Shown piece after piece: positions 11,690 through 24,660 of a DNA stretch of 64,000 nt; the stretch's first letter is position 1, and every line of letters begins with the position of its first letter. Source of the DNA: Narcine bancroftii. Lineage: Eukaryota. The DNA is taken from NCBI RefSeq assembly GCF_036971445.1, contig NC_091473.1:206026001-206090000 (forward strand), read 5' to 3'. Under the pieces are notes generated by a model that worked only from the letters and a program-made list of their open reading frames with translations, was not told the DNA's origin and did no database searches. The position numbers and the translations under genes were made by a program.

Positions 11690-12610
11690 AGAACAGTGTG
11701 GAAATAGTCCAAACCACCCGCATGCCCTCTCCGATAAAAATGCCCCACTTACAGTAATCCCACCCGCTGACATCCTTTGTATCCAAACAATTTATCCGTC
11801 TAGTTGTCTTAAGTATTGAAAAAATATGTATCTGCAATACCTCTTTCGGGCGCCTGATCCCCACACCCACCAGATATTCGTACCTCCTAATTTCGTGTTA
11901 AATCTATCGTGCCTCATTTGTAGTTCCAGAATCTCCTTCTCTGGGTAGAAGACTACGTTAATCCGATATACCCCTCAGCCGATCATGTCTAGCACTATAA
12001 TATCAGCCCTAACTGTCCTGATATCTAAATAAAAATGTTATAACCTCTCCAACCTCTCCATCCAGACCAGGCATCAGCGTCCTGCCAACATCCTGATAAA
12101 TATTCTCTTCATCATCTCCAAATTTTCAACTTCGTTTTTATTGCACAGTAACAAAATCAGAGCGCAATAATATAACATGGTGGAATAAACAACATACAAC
12201 TACAAATTACTTTCAAATATCTATATCCATCACTATAGGTGATTAATTAATCAGCGGAGAGACTCGTGAAGAAAATATCGACCAGTTTAGAGATACTCTG
12301 TATCAGTAGTACTCTGTTGTACAATACATCTCAGCTTCATACCAACGAATGCGTAGGTACTGAGCATGTTCGACCACTGAACTAAATCACCTCACGTTTC
12401 TGAATTAAAATCCAAAACGATTCAACAGCCCAAACAACGCAATCTTTCAAGATTTAGCTGAAATCTTAAGCAAACGCGTTCACCATCTTAAATGCCAGAT
12501 TCTCCAGTATTATCCGGAAATTTGATTACCCTGCCACATACATTTTCCTTTACATCATTGGTTTTATTGGCAAATAGCAATGGTCCAAACACCGAGTCCA
12601 GTGGACGAAA
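11690..12610 (-). mobile_element. Ancient CR1 3' relic carried in the duplicated V cassette; further copies at about 13250-13990, 17120-17760, 43870-44460 and 56200-57120
   Basis: Degenerate CR1 RT C-terminal sequence on the minus strand (caacatcctgataaatattctcttc..; ttgcacggtgac..aaatcagagcacaa) recurring at the listed sites. Confidence 0.55.
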
Positions 12611-12841
12611 GAGAGCGAATGTGCTGAATAATAATGAGTCGACAGTGACTGAGAAGACTAATACTAGAAACGTATGTCTAGCAATTTCCTCAGTTGTAAG
12701 CGCCGAAAATTAGGAGTATGAGAACCGCCCCATTCTCCCGTCAAGTAAAGTACCTGCGCCTGACTGGTGTGGCCTCAATTTAGCCGCATAAACAGCAGGA
12801 ACCATCTCCCTTCTTCCAAGTTTGTTTTGGAAGCAGCAACC

Positions 12842-13240
12842 ACGAACCCTCTGTGGTTCATGCTAAGTTTGTTATCTGTTATTTCTCTGTGAGTCATTGA
12901 TTTAATGAATCCTTTCCCGTCCGTGTCTAAGGTTTAACTTTAAGCGTATCATGCATTGCGTGCTTTGTTGCCGGGGCCTTTGGTGAAGATTCTATCTCCC
13001 AGAATCTATCTGAGGTATGGTGGAAGTGGAACAAAATGTAACGCGGACCTGTAATTACCCGGAAACATTCGTTGCTAATATTACCTTCTGGTACATCTTG
13101 AACATGCGTCAGGAAATGTAGTAAAATATTATGCATTGGGTTTGAAGACCATTCTTCGGATTTCTGTTGTTGATCGGAAAATACGTCGGACGGTTCCTTT
13201 AATTACCTCCGGCATCCTTGTCTTCGATTTAGCCGTTTCT
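12842..13240 (+). pseudogene. TCR V pseudogene of the V3 family
   Basis: Leader remnant (ACG)NPLWFMLSLLSVIS then GTGAGT; 85-nt intron with acceptor mutated to CCG; AFGEDSISQ..TCNYP..FWYI..GFED..VPLITSGILVFDLAV with frameshifts and deletions; no YYC or RSS. Confidence 0.8.
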
Positions 13241-14020
13241 GTATATACACCAGCTCCACACTTTCATCCACCTTAATAACCTGTTAAATATAATTTCACA
13301 CACCTTAAGCCCTACTCTAAGCAAAAGACTGTGTTCACCCGATAAATCTCTCTGCTGATTATATGTATACTACTAGATACCATAACAGTCGCACGGTCCA
13401 ATGAATGGTCATAGCCTTCTCAAAATTGCCATCCAGCTCAGGTTTCAGAACTGTAGCAACATCGGATGAATATTCTCTTCAACCTTTCCAGTTTCACAAC
13501 TTCGTTTCTATTGCACGGTGATCATGTTAGAACAACAATAATCCAAAGGGGGCCACGTCAACGACTCAATCAACAGAAACATTACTTGTAAACCTTGTAC
13601 ACCACATTTTGAGTGATACTAGTCAATCTGAGTTGAGTCCTCTCTGACGATCATATCTACGGGTTTAGAGATATCAGTACCTGAACATTTCTGTTCTTCA
13701 ATGATTTTCAGATTCATTCCATTCACTCCGTGGGTCATGATCACATAAGGACTCCAAATGAAGCACCTTACATTTCTGAATTAAATTACAACAGCCATTC
13801 AACTGCCTAACGCTTCTAGATTCTGCTGACATCGTTGGAAAATGTCTTCACAAACTAAAATACCAGACACTTCTGTGTCATTCGGAAATTTGAAAATCCT
13901 GCCAACTACATTTTTATTCAAAATGTATGAATTACGTCACTTGTGAGAGATCACCCTATCACATGCTGGAGGAACACCTGATAGAAATACAAAATTGGCT
14001 CATTTATGAATTACCCTAGA

Positions 14021-17000
14021 CATTAATCTCACGAGGGCTATAAGTAATAAGAGAATTCCGTCTAACTGCATTAATAGTCCTCGATATTAGTTCTTTCTTT
14101 AATTGCCACCTTATGTGCTTTCTCTTCCCATTCGTAATACAGTTGTTTAGTCCTATTAATTATATTAAAATTGATAAGATTGCAAAGTATTATATATCAA
14201 TTTCAACCTAGATAATTCTATTTTCTTATCTTCTGTAGTATCTTTCTGAAATTCCTTTTCTAACTCATCGATCTGTTTCTCTTATCCAAAACTCTGATTT
14301 CATCGATTATTTTTTATTTTAGTATAACTAATTATTTGTCCTCTCAAATAGGCTTTCATAGCATCCTATAATACAAACTTACTTTGAACAGAATTAGAAT
14401 TTTCTTTTAAAAAAATAATTTGTTTTTTTTAATAATAACTACCATATTTTTAAACAACATTGTATTAAATCTCCAACGATAAGCTATTTGAATTTTCTCA
14501 GAAGTTTCATACGTAAAATATGATCTGAAATCACCCTACTTTTATATTCTGCTTGTTGTATTTTCCCTTGCAAATGTGCCGATACTAAAAATAATTTAAT
14601 CCTTGGAAACGATTCATGTCTAGATGAATAAAAGGAAAAATCTTTCTCTGTCTGATTAAGACCTCTCCAAATATATACTAAATTATGGTCCTTCATCAAC
14701 TCTTGGACCTGAATTGGCATCTTGGATTTCTTAACTCTCTTCGGAGATTTATCTAATAAAGTTCCAAAACACAATTATAATCACCACCAATTAAAATATT
14801 ATCATTAGCCTGACCCAAGCATAAAAATGCATCCGAAATAAATATTGCATCATCTGAATTTGGGGTATAAATATTAAGTAAATTCCAAAATTCACTAAAA
14901 ATCTTACAATTCAATGTAAGAATACATCCTGCCTTTTCCTCCATTGATTGTAATTCAAAAGATAACTTTTTACATGTCAAAATTGCTGCACCTTTAGCTC
15001 GAGAATTAAATGAAGAAGAATATATACATGCCCAACTCAGTCCCTTTTAAATTTCACGCTTTCCATCACATTCAAATGTATTTCATGTAAAAAGGCAATA
15101 TCAATTTTCATTTTCTTAATATACGCCAACTCGCTTATGCTAAACCGGACTATTTAATCCTCGAACATTAAAAGTAGCAAACCTCAAATTTGACATATAT
15201 ACTATTATTACTAAATACCCAAAATTTATTTATATAAAAAAACGTATATAGGCCCTCCAATTGAAAAACAAACACAAATTAAAAACTAAATAAAATTAAA
15301 AGAAAAAAAATAAAGAAAAAAAGTAAATCCCACCCACCCCCCCAAAAAAAAACTACCAAACTGTAGTAATCCCCTAAACAAAAATTGGGTGTTGGTCACC
15401 CACCAGTGGCTGATGACTAATAAAGAACTTAGAGCAAATCTCTCCCTCCCCAGCCAAACAATCAAAACATCAAAATATCATAATAACAAAAGAAAAAAAT
15501 AGAATGAAGAAATTCTTCTTTTCATCCAGAAGATTCCAATCTTGAGGATCCCATTTCAGAAGGATCCCATTTCAATTCCAGTTTTTCCCCTTTCTGCAAT
15601 TTCTTTCGTTTCCAGAGCATCCAGATTTTTCTTTAGGAGATAATGGTTGACTACGTCTTTGTCCTCTTATATCTGGCCATGAATAAGCAAAAATCATTGC
15701 TTCACGATCAGTTTCAAACAACCGAAATTAATAGTCTCCATAAAATACTTTCAACACTGCAGGGTAACGAAAGGTAGACTTATAACTTTTACGCCACAAA
15801 ACTTTATCTGGATTGAATCGACGACGACGTTGAATGATCTTTTGACTCAAATCAGGATAACAAAAGACTCTGCTATTCTGAATCAATAATGGGGTTTGTC
15901 GTTGTTTCGCATTTGTACTGCAAGTCGAAGTATTGCTTCTCTGTCCAAATAACTCAAACATCAAATTATTTCGGTGGTTGACCAGCTGAGGGTGTTATTC
16001 TTAAAGCTCTATGTGCTCTTTCCAGTACCCATCCCCCAGAGACAAATTCTTGCCCTAATATTTGCGGAATCCAGTCTTTAAAGAAATGAAGAGGATCTTG
16101 TCCTTGTATACATTCTGGCAAACCAACAATTTTCACATTATTTCTTCTGCTTTGATTCTCCAAGTAATCTATTTTTTTATTTCCAGATCCTTCTCACGTT
16201 CTCCTAGTTCTATAATTGATTTTTCCATATTCAACACTTTTTTCTGTGTTAGAAGTCACTTGTTTACAGTCCAAAAGAGCCGTGTGAAATTTTTAAAATT
16301 CTTCAAAAGATGCATCCACACGTGCCTTAACCATATTTAATTCTGAACTTATACAAGCATTCATTTGAAGCATTTCATTCATTTCAAATTTCAACAAATG
16401 TTTTATAACAGCTTGAAGAATAGCATTCAATTGCATACACTGTGATTCAGTAAAGCTCAGCTCTGCTCTCTCTGACATAGTGGCAGAACAAGGTAACTGC
16501 AGCTCCTGCTGCTACTCAACAGAAGGCATATTAAAAGTTTTACTGCGGGTCTGGACTCCCAGCGACGGCACACCCACTTTCTCAGAGGGTCGCCGCTGGT
16601 CTCCGCTCGCATCTCGTTGTTGTTTCATCATTTCACGAAGAAAAACGATTTCTTCAGATTGAAATGTACCTGATGCATTTCCAACAATGGAGTCGTCTTC
16701 CTTCGTGCTCCCTCCGTTGAAATCGAAAGACTTTCCAAATCTGGGAATACTTCTTGGGAACACGCACTTTCTTCCGGAGAATGGGTAATTCCAGCGCCAT
16801 CCTTCATTTGGTGAGCAATAAATATTTTTTCAGCCCCCACAGGCAATCTTTGGTGTTTAGACAATGAAGAGATTGTGCCTGCGACTGTATCAAGTCGTCT
16901 AGATCTCAAATTCTCAGCACTTCGAAAATGTAACATCTTCTGAACTTGAGGTTTAGTCATTTTACCATTTGTGGCCATAATAATTCCTTAATACTTTAAA

Positions 17001-17114
17001 GTCAAATTTAAAATGTTTAAACTTGAAAACAATGGGTTAAAAACTGGTATTTAAAGTCTGGCCAGAGAGGTCGAGATTGCACGTCGAGACTTTAAGCCAT
17101 CATGCCACTCCCCC
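14021..17114 (-). mobile_element. L1/Tx1-clade LINE with 5' UTR, decayed ORF1 and endonuclease part of ORF2; 3' portion missing
   Basis: ENQSRRNNVKIVGLPE (15966-16163); ORF2 start MSNLRFATFNVRGLNSP at 15196; ILIGGDYN and VISDH endonuclease motifs. Confidence 0.9.
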
Positions 17115-18633
17115 GTTCACCTGATTTATTCCTCTGTTGATCATTTGTAGCACTAGAAGATCACCACTAATTGTCTTGTGGCATTATTAGTAAATTCATA
17201 GCCTTTCTAAATTCTCCATCCATCTCAGGAGTCTGAGTTCTGGAAACAGCTTGATAATTATTCTCTTCAACATGTCCAGATTGACAACTTAATTGCTATT
17301 ACACGGTGACAAAATCAAAACACAATAATCCACATGGTACCACATCAAAAACCCAGAAAGCTTAAACACCACTTTAAAACGTCCGTACGCAACAATGAAA
17401 CTGATGCTAGCTCATGTGAAGAGAGGCTTGTGACCAGCATATCTAGCAATATAAAGATAATCTGTACCTCAGATTCCTAGTATTGAGCAAGTAGTTCCTG
17501 ACCACGTGACACCTCACAAATACCATACCTCATATTTCTGAATAAAACTCCATCAACCATGCAACTACGTACCGGACCAATCGTTCAATTGTTTGCAGCA
17601 AACTTTGGCAAACGTCGTCACAATATTAAATACGAGAACCATGTACATTTTCATTTAAATGATTAATATAGTTGAGAAACAGCAATGGACCCTGCACAAA
17701 AGCCAATGGACAAATTTCGTCACCTGTGAGTGATTAGCAATTAAATACTGGGGAAACACCACTTCCACAGTCATATATTATCAGGGACTTGAACATGTTA
17801 CATATATTCAGGGCCATTCTGTTAGGTCCGGCGTAAAAACCGTGCTGAGACTATGGCCCTCCATGATAATTTCATGGATTCCCCGCTAATTTTCTCCTTT
17901 CTTGGTTCATGTGTGAACTTTAGTTTTGTTTTACTTCAAGATATGGAAATTTCTGCGCTTTGCTGCACTGTTGTAGGTTGATAATTCAATGTCTCACAAT
18001 AGTTTAAGCTTTCGCGAGAAGAACAATGATCTGTAAGAGGGAATTGCAGTGATGACACTGTCATTTGGTACATTTGGTGAACTGAAGCATAATCGAAATA
18101 TCTTCTTCAGATATTGAGTAATGGATCCGAAGAGCGATCTCGATTCTCTAGCCAGGGATTCAGCTATTATGATACCGCAATACTTTTAGATTTCTCTGTG
18201 ATCCTTGTGTCAGAAACCAAAGCATTTACGTGTGCCATGAGACATAGTCGACGACGGAGAAGCAGCGGACCAGAACACAGGACCAATACCTCGTAGTTTC
18301 AGTAAGCTTTCACCAAAATTAACACATCCTCGGCTGAAGTGAAGTGACGTGATCAGACGCAGAACAATTTTCCGCTGTTTATACCTGGACGAGCATGTAA
18401 GTTCATATTTTTTTCATGTCCAATTGGTTTCACGTTCAGGAGAAGATACTTTTTGATTTACCGAATCGTATTCTTTCATCGATGATTGACTCACAATGCA
18501 AGATATATATTGGAGTACAATGGACAATGTAGCTGTTGTGAAGTACGGAGGAGGTGTGATGTAGAGATGTGAGACAGTGACATACATTATACACATTTCA
18601 ACACACGAACGTAAACACACAGACAGACATAAA

Positions 18634-18634
<1 letters not shown>

Positions 18635-18684
<50 letters not shown>

Positions 18685-18776
18685 ACACACACGCACACGC
18701 ACATGAACACGCAAGCACACATACACACATACGCACAAACAGGCACATAGAATCACAGAAAGCGAGCGAGAGAGAG
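18635..18776. repeat. (CA)n / (GA)n microsatellite
   Basis: Direct. Confidence 0.95.
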
Positions 18777-18794
18777 TTTTCTGTTTTGTTGCAG

Positions 18795-19114
18795 GCGTCT
18801 TTGGCGATTATTCTATCTCCGAGTATCAATCTGAGGCATCGGAGGAAGAAGGACGAACTGTAATGCTGAGCTGGAATTACACGGCTCCATACCGTGCTGA
18901 TATATCCGTCTGGTACATCCTGCATCCTGGACATGCGCCACGATACGTACTGAAAATATTAAGCACTGGGCTAGAATGCAAGTCGTCAGATTTCTGAAAC
19001 CGATTTTATGCTGTTTATCAGAAAATAAATCAGCTGGTTCTTTTAAAAATATCGGGCGTCCTTGTCTTCGACTACGACTCAGCGACAGAGAATTAGCTCA
19101 GTCGTTCAATTACA
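18795..19114 (+). pseudogene. TCR V pseudogene of the V3 family, leaderless
   Basis: TTGCAG acceptor; GVFGDYSISEYQSEASEEEGRTVMLSWNY..VWYILHPGHAPRYVLKILSTGLECKSSDF*NRF..; first Cys changed to Trp, TGA at 18995; YYC and heptamer deleted, nonamer-like TCAATTACA kept near 19106. Confidence 0.88.
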
Positions 19115-19665
19115 CTTCCCAGTTGTGATCCCTCGCTGTCACCAGACGGAGCTGTTATCTCCTCGAACAAAGCAGGGGTGGATGCTGACACAAAGCGAAT
19201 TATGTCCTGGTACAACTCTGAAGGACCGATTATTCTTATGGAGTATGTTCATCATCTTTTGTGAAGATCCTGCATCAACTCGCCGAATGGAGAGGCGAGA
19301 CGGCCGGAATAAAGAGGCATAATGATAGCGTGGGACAGGTATATGCCGTTTGTTGCATGATTCAGGTCAGGGTAATATGGGGATCACAGGTCACAGCGAA
19401 ATTTGCGCACCTTATTTTAAAACCGATTTGTCGCAACAGCCCTTGCATCTCCACAATTTTAACTTCCTATTCCTCAATAAATTAATCGTCCAATTCCAAC
19501 CAAACAGAATTCTGTGCAGTTGTCAGAAGGGCAAATCCTCGTAAATCACAGTTTAACTGCACAGTTCGACAACCGACATGTCGCTAATTCTTTTTGTCCA
19601 GTATTGCAATCAAGTAAATTTTAAAATATCAATTAAAAAAATAATTTTAGGCAAACAGCGCGATA

Positions 19666-19886
19666 ACAGGGCATTGTTGCCCAAATGCATATGTCGCCAA
19701 ATTACATCCATTTACCAACAACCTCCGGGACTCTCAAAGGTTGGGAGGGAACAAGGACTGTCATGACAAATCCATGTAGATCGGGGAAAGGTACCAACTC
19801 CTACAGACAGATCGGGATTCGAACCCGTTCCTGATGGTTGGTGCTGTAACAGCCTGGTGCTAACCGCTTGTCAACGCTGCCGCCCC
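19666..19886 (-). mobile_element. tRNA-derived SINE (V-SINE/HE1-like)
   Basis: Reverse complement begins GGGGCGGC..GCGGTTAGC (A box) with B box GGTTCGAATCC at 19815-19825, then TGTCTGTAGGAGTTGGTAC central domain. Confidence 0.7.
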
Positions 19887-22800
19887 GACTCCAAATGCGT
19901 CCCATAATTATTATATCACCTTGCGAATCAGTGTATAGATCCAAGATTTGTATGATAACTTTTGAAAAGCAGAAATCATTTTAATTTTTGAAGACCTGCT
20001 TCATATGGAATCGCAGAACAGTACATTGAAAGTAGGAAGCAGAAAGGCGGTGCAGAACTTGAAAGAAATTTTATGTCGTCAATAATTCTGTAATATCAAA
20101 GAGATATATACTAAGAAGNNNNNNNNNNNNNNNNNNNNNNNNNNNNNNNNNNNNNNNNNNNNNNNNNNNNNNNNNNNNNNNNNNNNNNNNNNNNNNNNNN
20201 NNNNNNNNNNNNNNNNNNNNNNNNNNNNNNNNNNNNNNNNNNNNNNNNNNNNNNNNNNNNNNNNNNNNNNNNNNNNNNNNNNNNCGGCAACCCCATTAAT
20301 TGCAGTTGAAGAGAGAATACACCCATGCATCTAGGTAATTCCCCTTAATGAGACTTGAAGAAAGCAAACTGCCGGAGACCCGAATTTCGGTCTGCGGCAT
20401 AAACATAGTGAAACTAGTCTGTTGTTTATATTGGTTCAATGTTGCAGATTCGTTTAAGCTGATGCTAGAAAAATAACAACTGTAAGTGTGAACTGGAGTT
20501 ACCCGTCAGTAGTCAGTGACGACACTGTCATTTGACACATCGGGTGAAACAAAATATAGTCAAAATATCTACAAGAAGATATTCAGTACTGAATTTCTAT
20601 TGGGAAAGAAAGAAGGAACAAGACACAAACTAAAATTGTCAATATATCAAGCGAAATTTGTAAAAATAGCAGTAGCAGTAGCAAGTGACTTGGAAATCGA
20701 ACCCAGAAGTACATATTGGAAGATGGAATGCAGAAATTCAAAGCTGTATTCCTTTAGAGAGAAAATTACATATAATATGAAAATAAATATCACATATTCT
20801 TTTGTGGATTCGGACCCCGTATATAGAAATATAGGGCAAATGTATGCAGAAATTTCCTTCCACGCTCCTCATACCTGCGTTAACGTTCTTCCCTAAAATG
20901 AAAATGATCGTACAAAATCTGTTGAGTTCCAATGTGTTGAGAGGTGACGCACTGGACAATTCATTATACTACATTATATATTTTCTTTCTTTGTTTACAA
21001 TATATAAATCTTTATATATATATATATATATAATTTTAAATAAAATATAAAAACTGATATTCAGTACTGAATCGATCTCCCGATTCTTTAGACAGGTATT
21101 CAGCTGGTTATCATTAAATCGGTTTATTCTTTCCTCTACATCCGTGATAATTTTGTTTGATGTCGAAGTGTTTCTGTGGACCATGATACACACACAGCGG
21201 CGCAGCAGCATGAGATCTGAACATAGACGAACACCAGGTGGTTCCAGCGAGCTCTCACCACAGGGGTCACTTCCTCTTCTAAAGTGTAGTGATCAGATAC
21301 AGAACAATTTTCCGATGTTTCTACATGGATGAGCATGGAATTTCATCGTATATTTATATTCAATTGCTTGCATAATCAGAAGATTCATTTTGATTTCAGA
21401 CTCACAATCTATACCCAATAATCGATTCACAATGTAAGAGGTATTTTAGGATTAAACGGACATTGTACCTGTTGAGAAATCCCGAGGAGTTGTAATACAG
21501 GGAGAGGAAGACAGTGATATACATTACAGACAGTCCCACGTATACACATGCAAACACTTGAGACAGAGACACACACAGAGAAAGCGAAAGGAACAGATAA
21601 ATAGATTGGTTGATGGATAGGTAGATGGACAGTGAAAGTGAAAGGGTGGGAGAGACTAGACGGGAGAGATTTAGAGAGGAGGACAATTTGAGATTTGAGA
21701 CATGGATGGGGGGCCTGTTAAATGTATAAAAGAAAGGAACATGTACGAGCAGGAGAGGAATCAAATTGGTTGAGGGCTGACATTCAGTTTTATCATCAGT
21801 TTTGTCGGTGGGGAATAGTAAATTACACAACAAGGGAACGCCAGTTCGTCAGGTCTGCTTTTCAAGAATACGGCCTGACCCATTGAGTCCCTCATGCATT
21901 TTGTGTGGTTCCAGCTTTCCATCATATGCAGTCAGTCTTCTTTACCAATTTTTATCTGCATCGCCCATCGGAGGGCACACTTCCCAAGTCATCAAAAGTG
22001 ACTGGAAACAGAAATTCCTCCTCGTTTTATAGTAAGTGCGATGCGAACATTCCCTCTTCCAGGGAGACGAACTACCTCCAGCAAACACGCAGCCTCTGAA
22101 TCAGCTCAAGTCTCTAGTTTAGATCAAACCATAGGCAGCCCGCGCCCAGAGACAAAACTCCGACTCGATGACGAGGTCGATTTAAGCCTTTATGGAGACG
22201 TTTAGATACGACTGGCCGGTGGGAAAGCACGTGGGAGGGCGGGTCCCCGCGGATCCGTACCAGCGTCAGCCTGCTAAAATAGCGAATCAGGCAGCGCCGC
22301 AATTTCTTCTAATTCTGCGCCCACAGTTACAAGACAAGTCAATTCCAGATCAGAGGCATACCTTTGAAAATTGAGAAAGAACTCTTTATTCGCCTCCCTC
22401 CTTTTATTATCCCAGGTTATTCTCTGGTTGCGATTGTGAGAAAACGGTTCCCTTTAAATTTATGCCATTACAATATTGGTAAAATACGACCCCACATTTT
22501 ATAAAACAATTCTACTGTGCTTGCACTGTTTTTTGGAACTTATTAGCCTTTCAAATTTAGATAATGACTTCACTTATTTTTAACTTAATATTCTTATATT
22601 TTTTAACCTCTCTGTAGAATGTACGAGAACTGCAACCTGACCTTGATGTGCAATGGACTGCAAATACAGGTGACGAGTGGTTGGCTGAAATAGTACTGGA
22701 AGCGCGTGAATATGAATCACCACTACATTCTGATATTTTATGGCACAGTTGTAAACACTTTAGGCATACATATAGAATGGAATGGGGCGTTTCAACAGGG

Positions 22801-24247
22801 TTTCGCATATGCTTCTCATTGACCCTCCTATTAGACTTCGGTGCTCATTTAATTTGGTGGAAATAGCCATTGCACCTTCAATCGGAGGAGAACTATTTAT
22901 CTAAGTTAACTAAATCATGAAGCGCATTTCTGCTGTTTCTGTTTCCGCTATGCTACCTCTCCCTGTCTCCACAATTGACCACGTCAGCACCTATCGTTGC
23001 TTCGGGGAAGATGTCAAGATCTGTAAAAACCCTTCAAATCCAGTCACACTCTTCCTTCTCCCGACCATCCGAAAGATGATAAATGAGATTGAAAACAGGA
23101 ATACACCACTGAACTTCACTGGTCAGCTTATTGAATGGGCCTCTTATCTGGTGGCCAGCTGTGTTTTAAATCAAATATCTCCATAGATTGCATCATTTAT
23201 TTGTTCCATTGCACACTGTTCACATAACGCAAAAAAAAATGTGACACGCTACACACCACGTCTGTTTAATTATTGTACCGGCTACAGTACATAGTGTTCC
23301 TTCATTTATCAGTATTTCAGAAAATAACAGCAGAAATGGTAACAAAAAAAGCATAGTCGTTTTCTGTGTTTATTTCGGTTATCAGCCAATTGAGTGGCAG
23401 GAGGACAATGTAAATAAAAATGTCTCTGGAATAATGCTTGAACTCTATTTGAATATGTGGTATTTAGATATTAAATTAATCTGCGCTAATATTATAAGGA
23501 TAAGGTTAATTGCGATAGATGCTTGAGAATCTTTGAATCGAAAAGTTAACCTGCAGCACAAGTAGCGTATATTGGGAAAAGGTATTTAATTTAATTTGGC
23601 TTCCTGTTCCATGCTCTTTTCTGGGCTATATTCTCGAATGCATAGTGATCAAATCAGAACAGTGAAGATGTCAAGTATCAAGGGAATGAGCACATCATAA
23701 AAAAGTCAAATATGCCATTCATTTGTACGCTTAAAATATTAACGTGTAAGCCTAGTGTTATACTATTAACATTATATGAAGCGCGAAAAAGGTCGGTGCA
23801 AATATATTGGACATATCTAATTTATTCGGCATATTTACCAAGCAAAAGAGGTGCTATATGTAAAGTAATGCGACCAGAGCACGTGAACATAATGTGAAAG
23901 GTGGAAACTACATGCGTAAAAATCAATCTAAAGTAAAACCCATAACATTGACTGGAATAAACCGGAAAATAAAAGCCAAAGAAAATGATAAGGGGGTTGA
24001 AAACGATAAACGGGTCTGGTCGGAAAACTTCCATCAAAAGAGTGAAGAATGCGTTTGCAGTGGAACATGGCATATGGAGAGACAAATATCCACCTCAAAC
24101 GTGCCAGTATAAGATAAAGAATTATAGGGCCAATTATTGAAATGTCTGTTTAATAATAAACGGCGGATTATTGAATTAATGCATAACGTGTAATATAAAC
24201 AGGGATAAACGATAAGCATTAATCCACATCGTTGTTTTGCTGGTCAC

Positions 24248-24290
24248 ATCTGCCATATCTCTTGACCACAGTGTGTCAGTGGAGCAAAAG
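24248..24290 (+). pseudogene. Possible 3' remnant of a V segment with an intact heptamer
   Basis: tctgcca-tatct-cttg..CACAGTG (24267-24273)..tgtcagtggagcaaaa aligns to 42429-42480, and both precede the same paralogous block; no nonamer. Confidence 0.4.
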
Positions 24291-24660
24291 AGCAAAGAGT
24301 AGATTTAAATTACAAGAATATATCTCTTCAGCCTTTATATAGGTATTTGAAATCATTTGTACTGACTTACAGTAGCTCTTGATATGATTAGAATATTTTA
24401 TTTGATTCTCTGCATCTTTGAAGGTAATGAGGAGGATGGTTAAGCGATTATTCCGCTTGTTGCTTTTCTCAATTTCCGACTAAATGTGAGAATCGCACCT
24501 TTTGGCGATCGCCAGTAGGCTAGCGGAAGTAGATGTTTGATTAGAAACAAAAGATAGCCATTCAGTTTTTCGGCGTTTCATCTCTGAAGTGCAGTTTTGG
24601 AAAATGTGGGAGTCCTGATTTTGATAAATTTCCTGTTTGTTAAAGGAAGTTAATCGGCAT

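Noticed and set aside
18795-19080. Leaderless V as a NAR-TCR supporting V-delta
   Set aside because: It has a stop, lacks both canonical cysteines and the heptamer, and has no upstream NAR-type V-D-J; the leader loss is a simple deletion relative to V3.
19790-19886. tRNA gene
   Set aside because: A and B boxes are present, but there is no cloverleaf and it continues into a SINE body.
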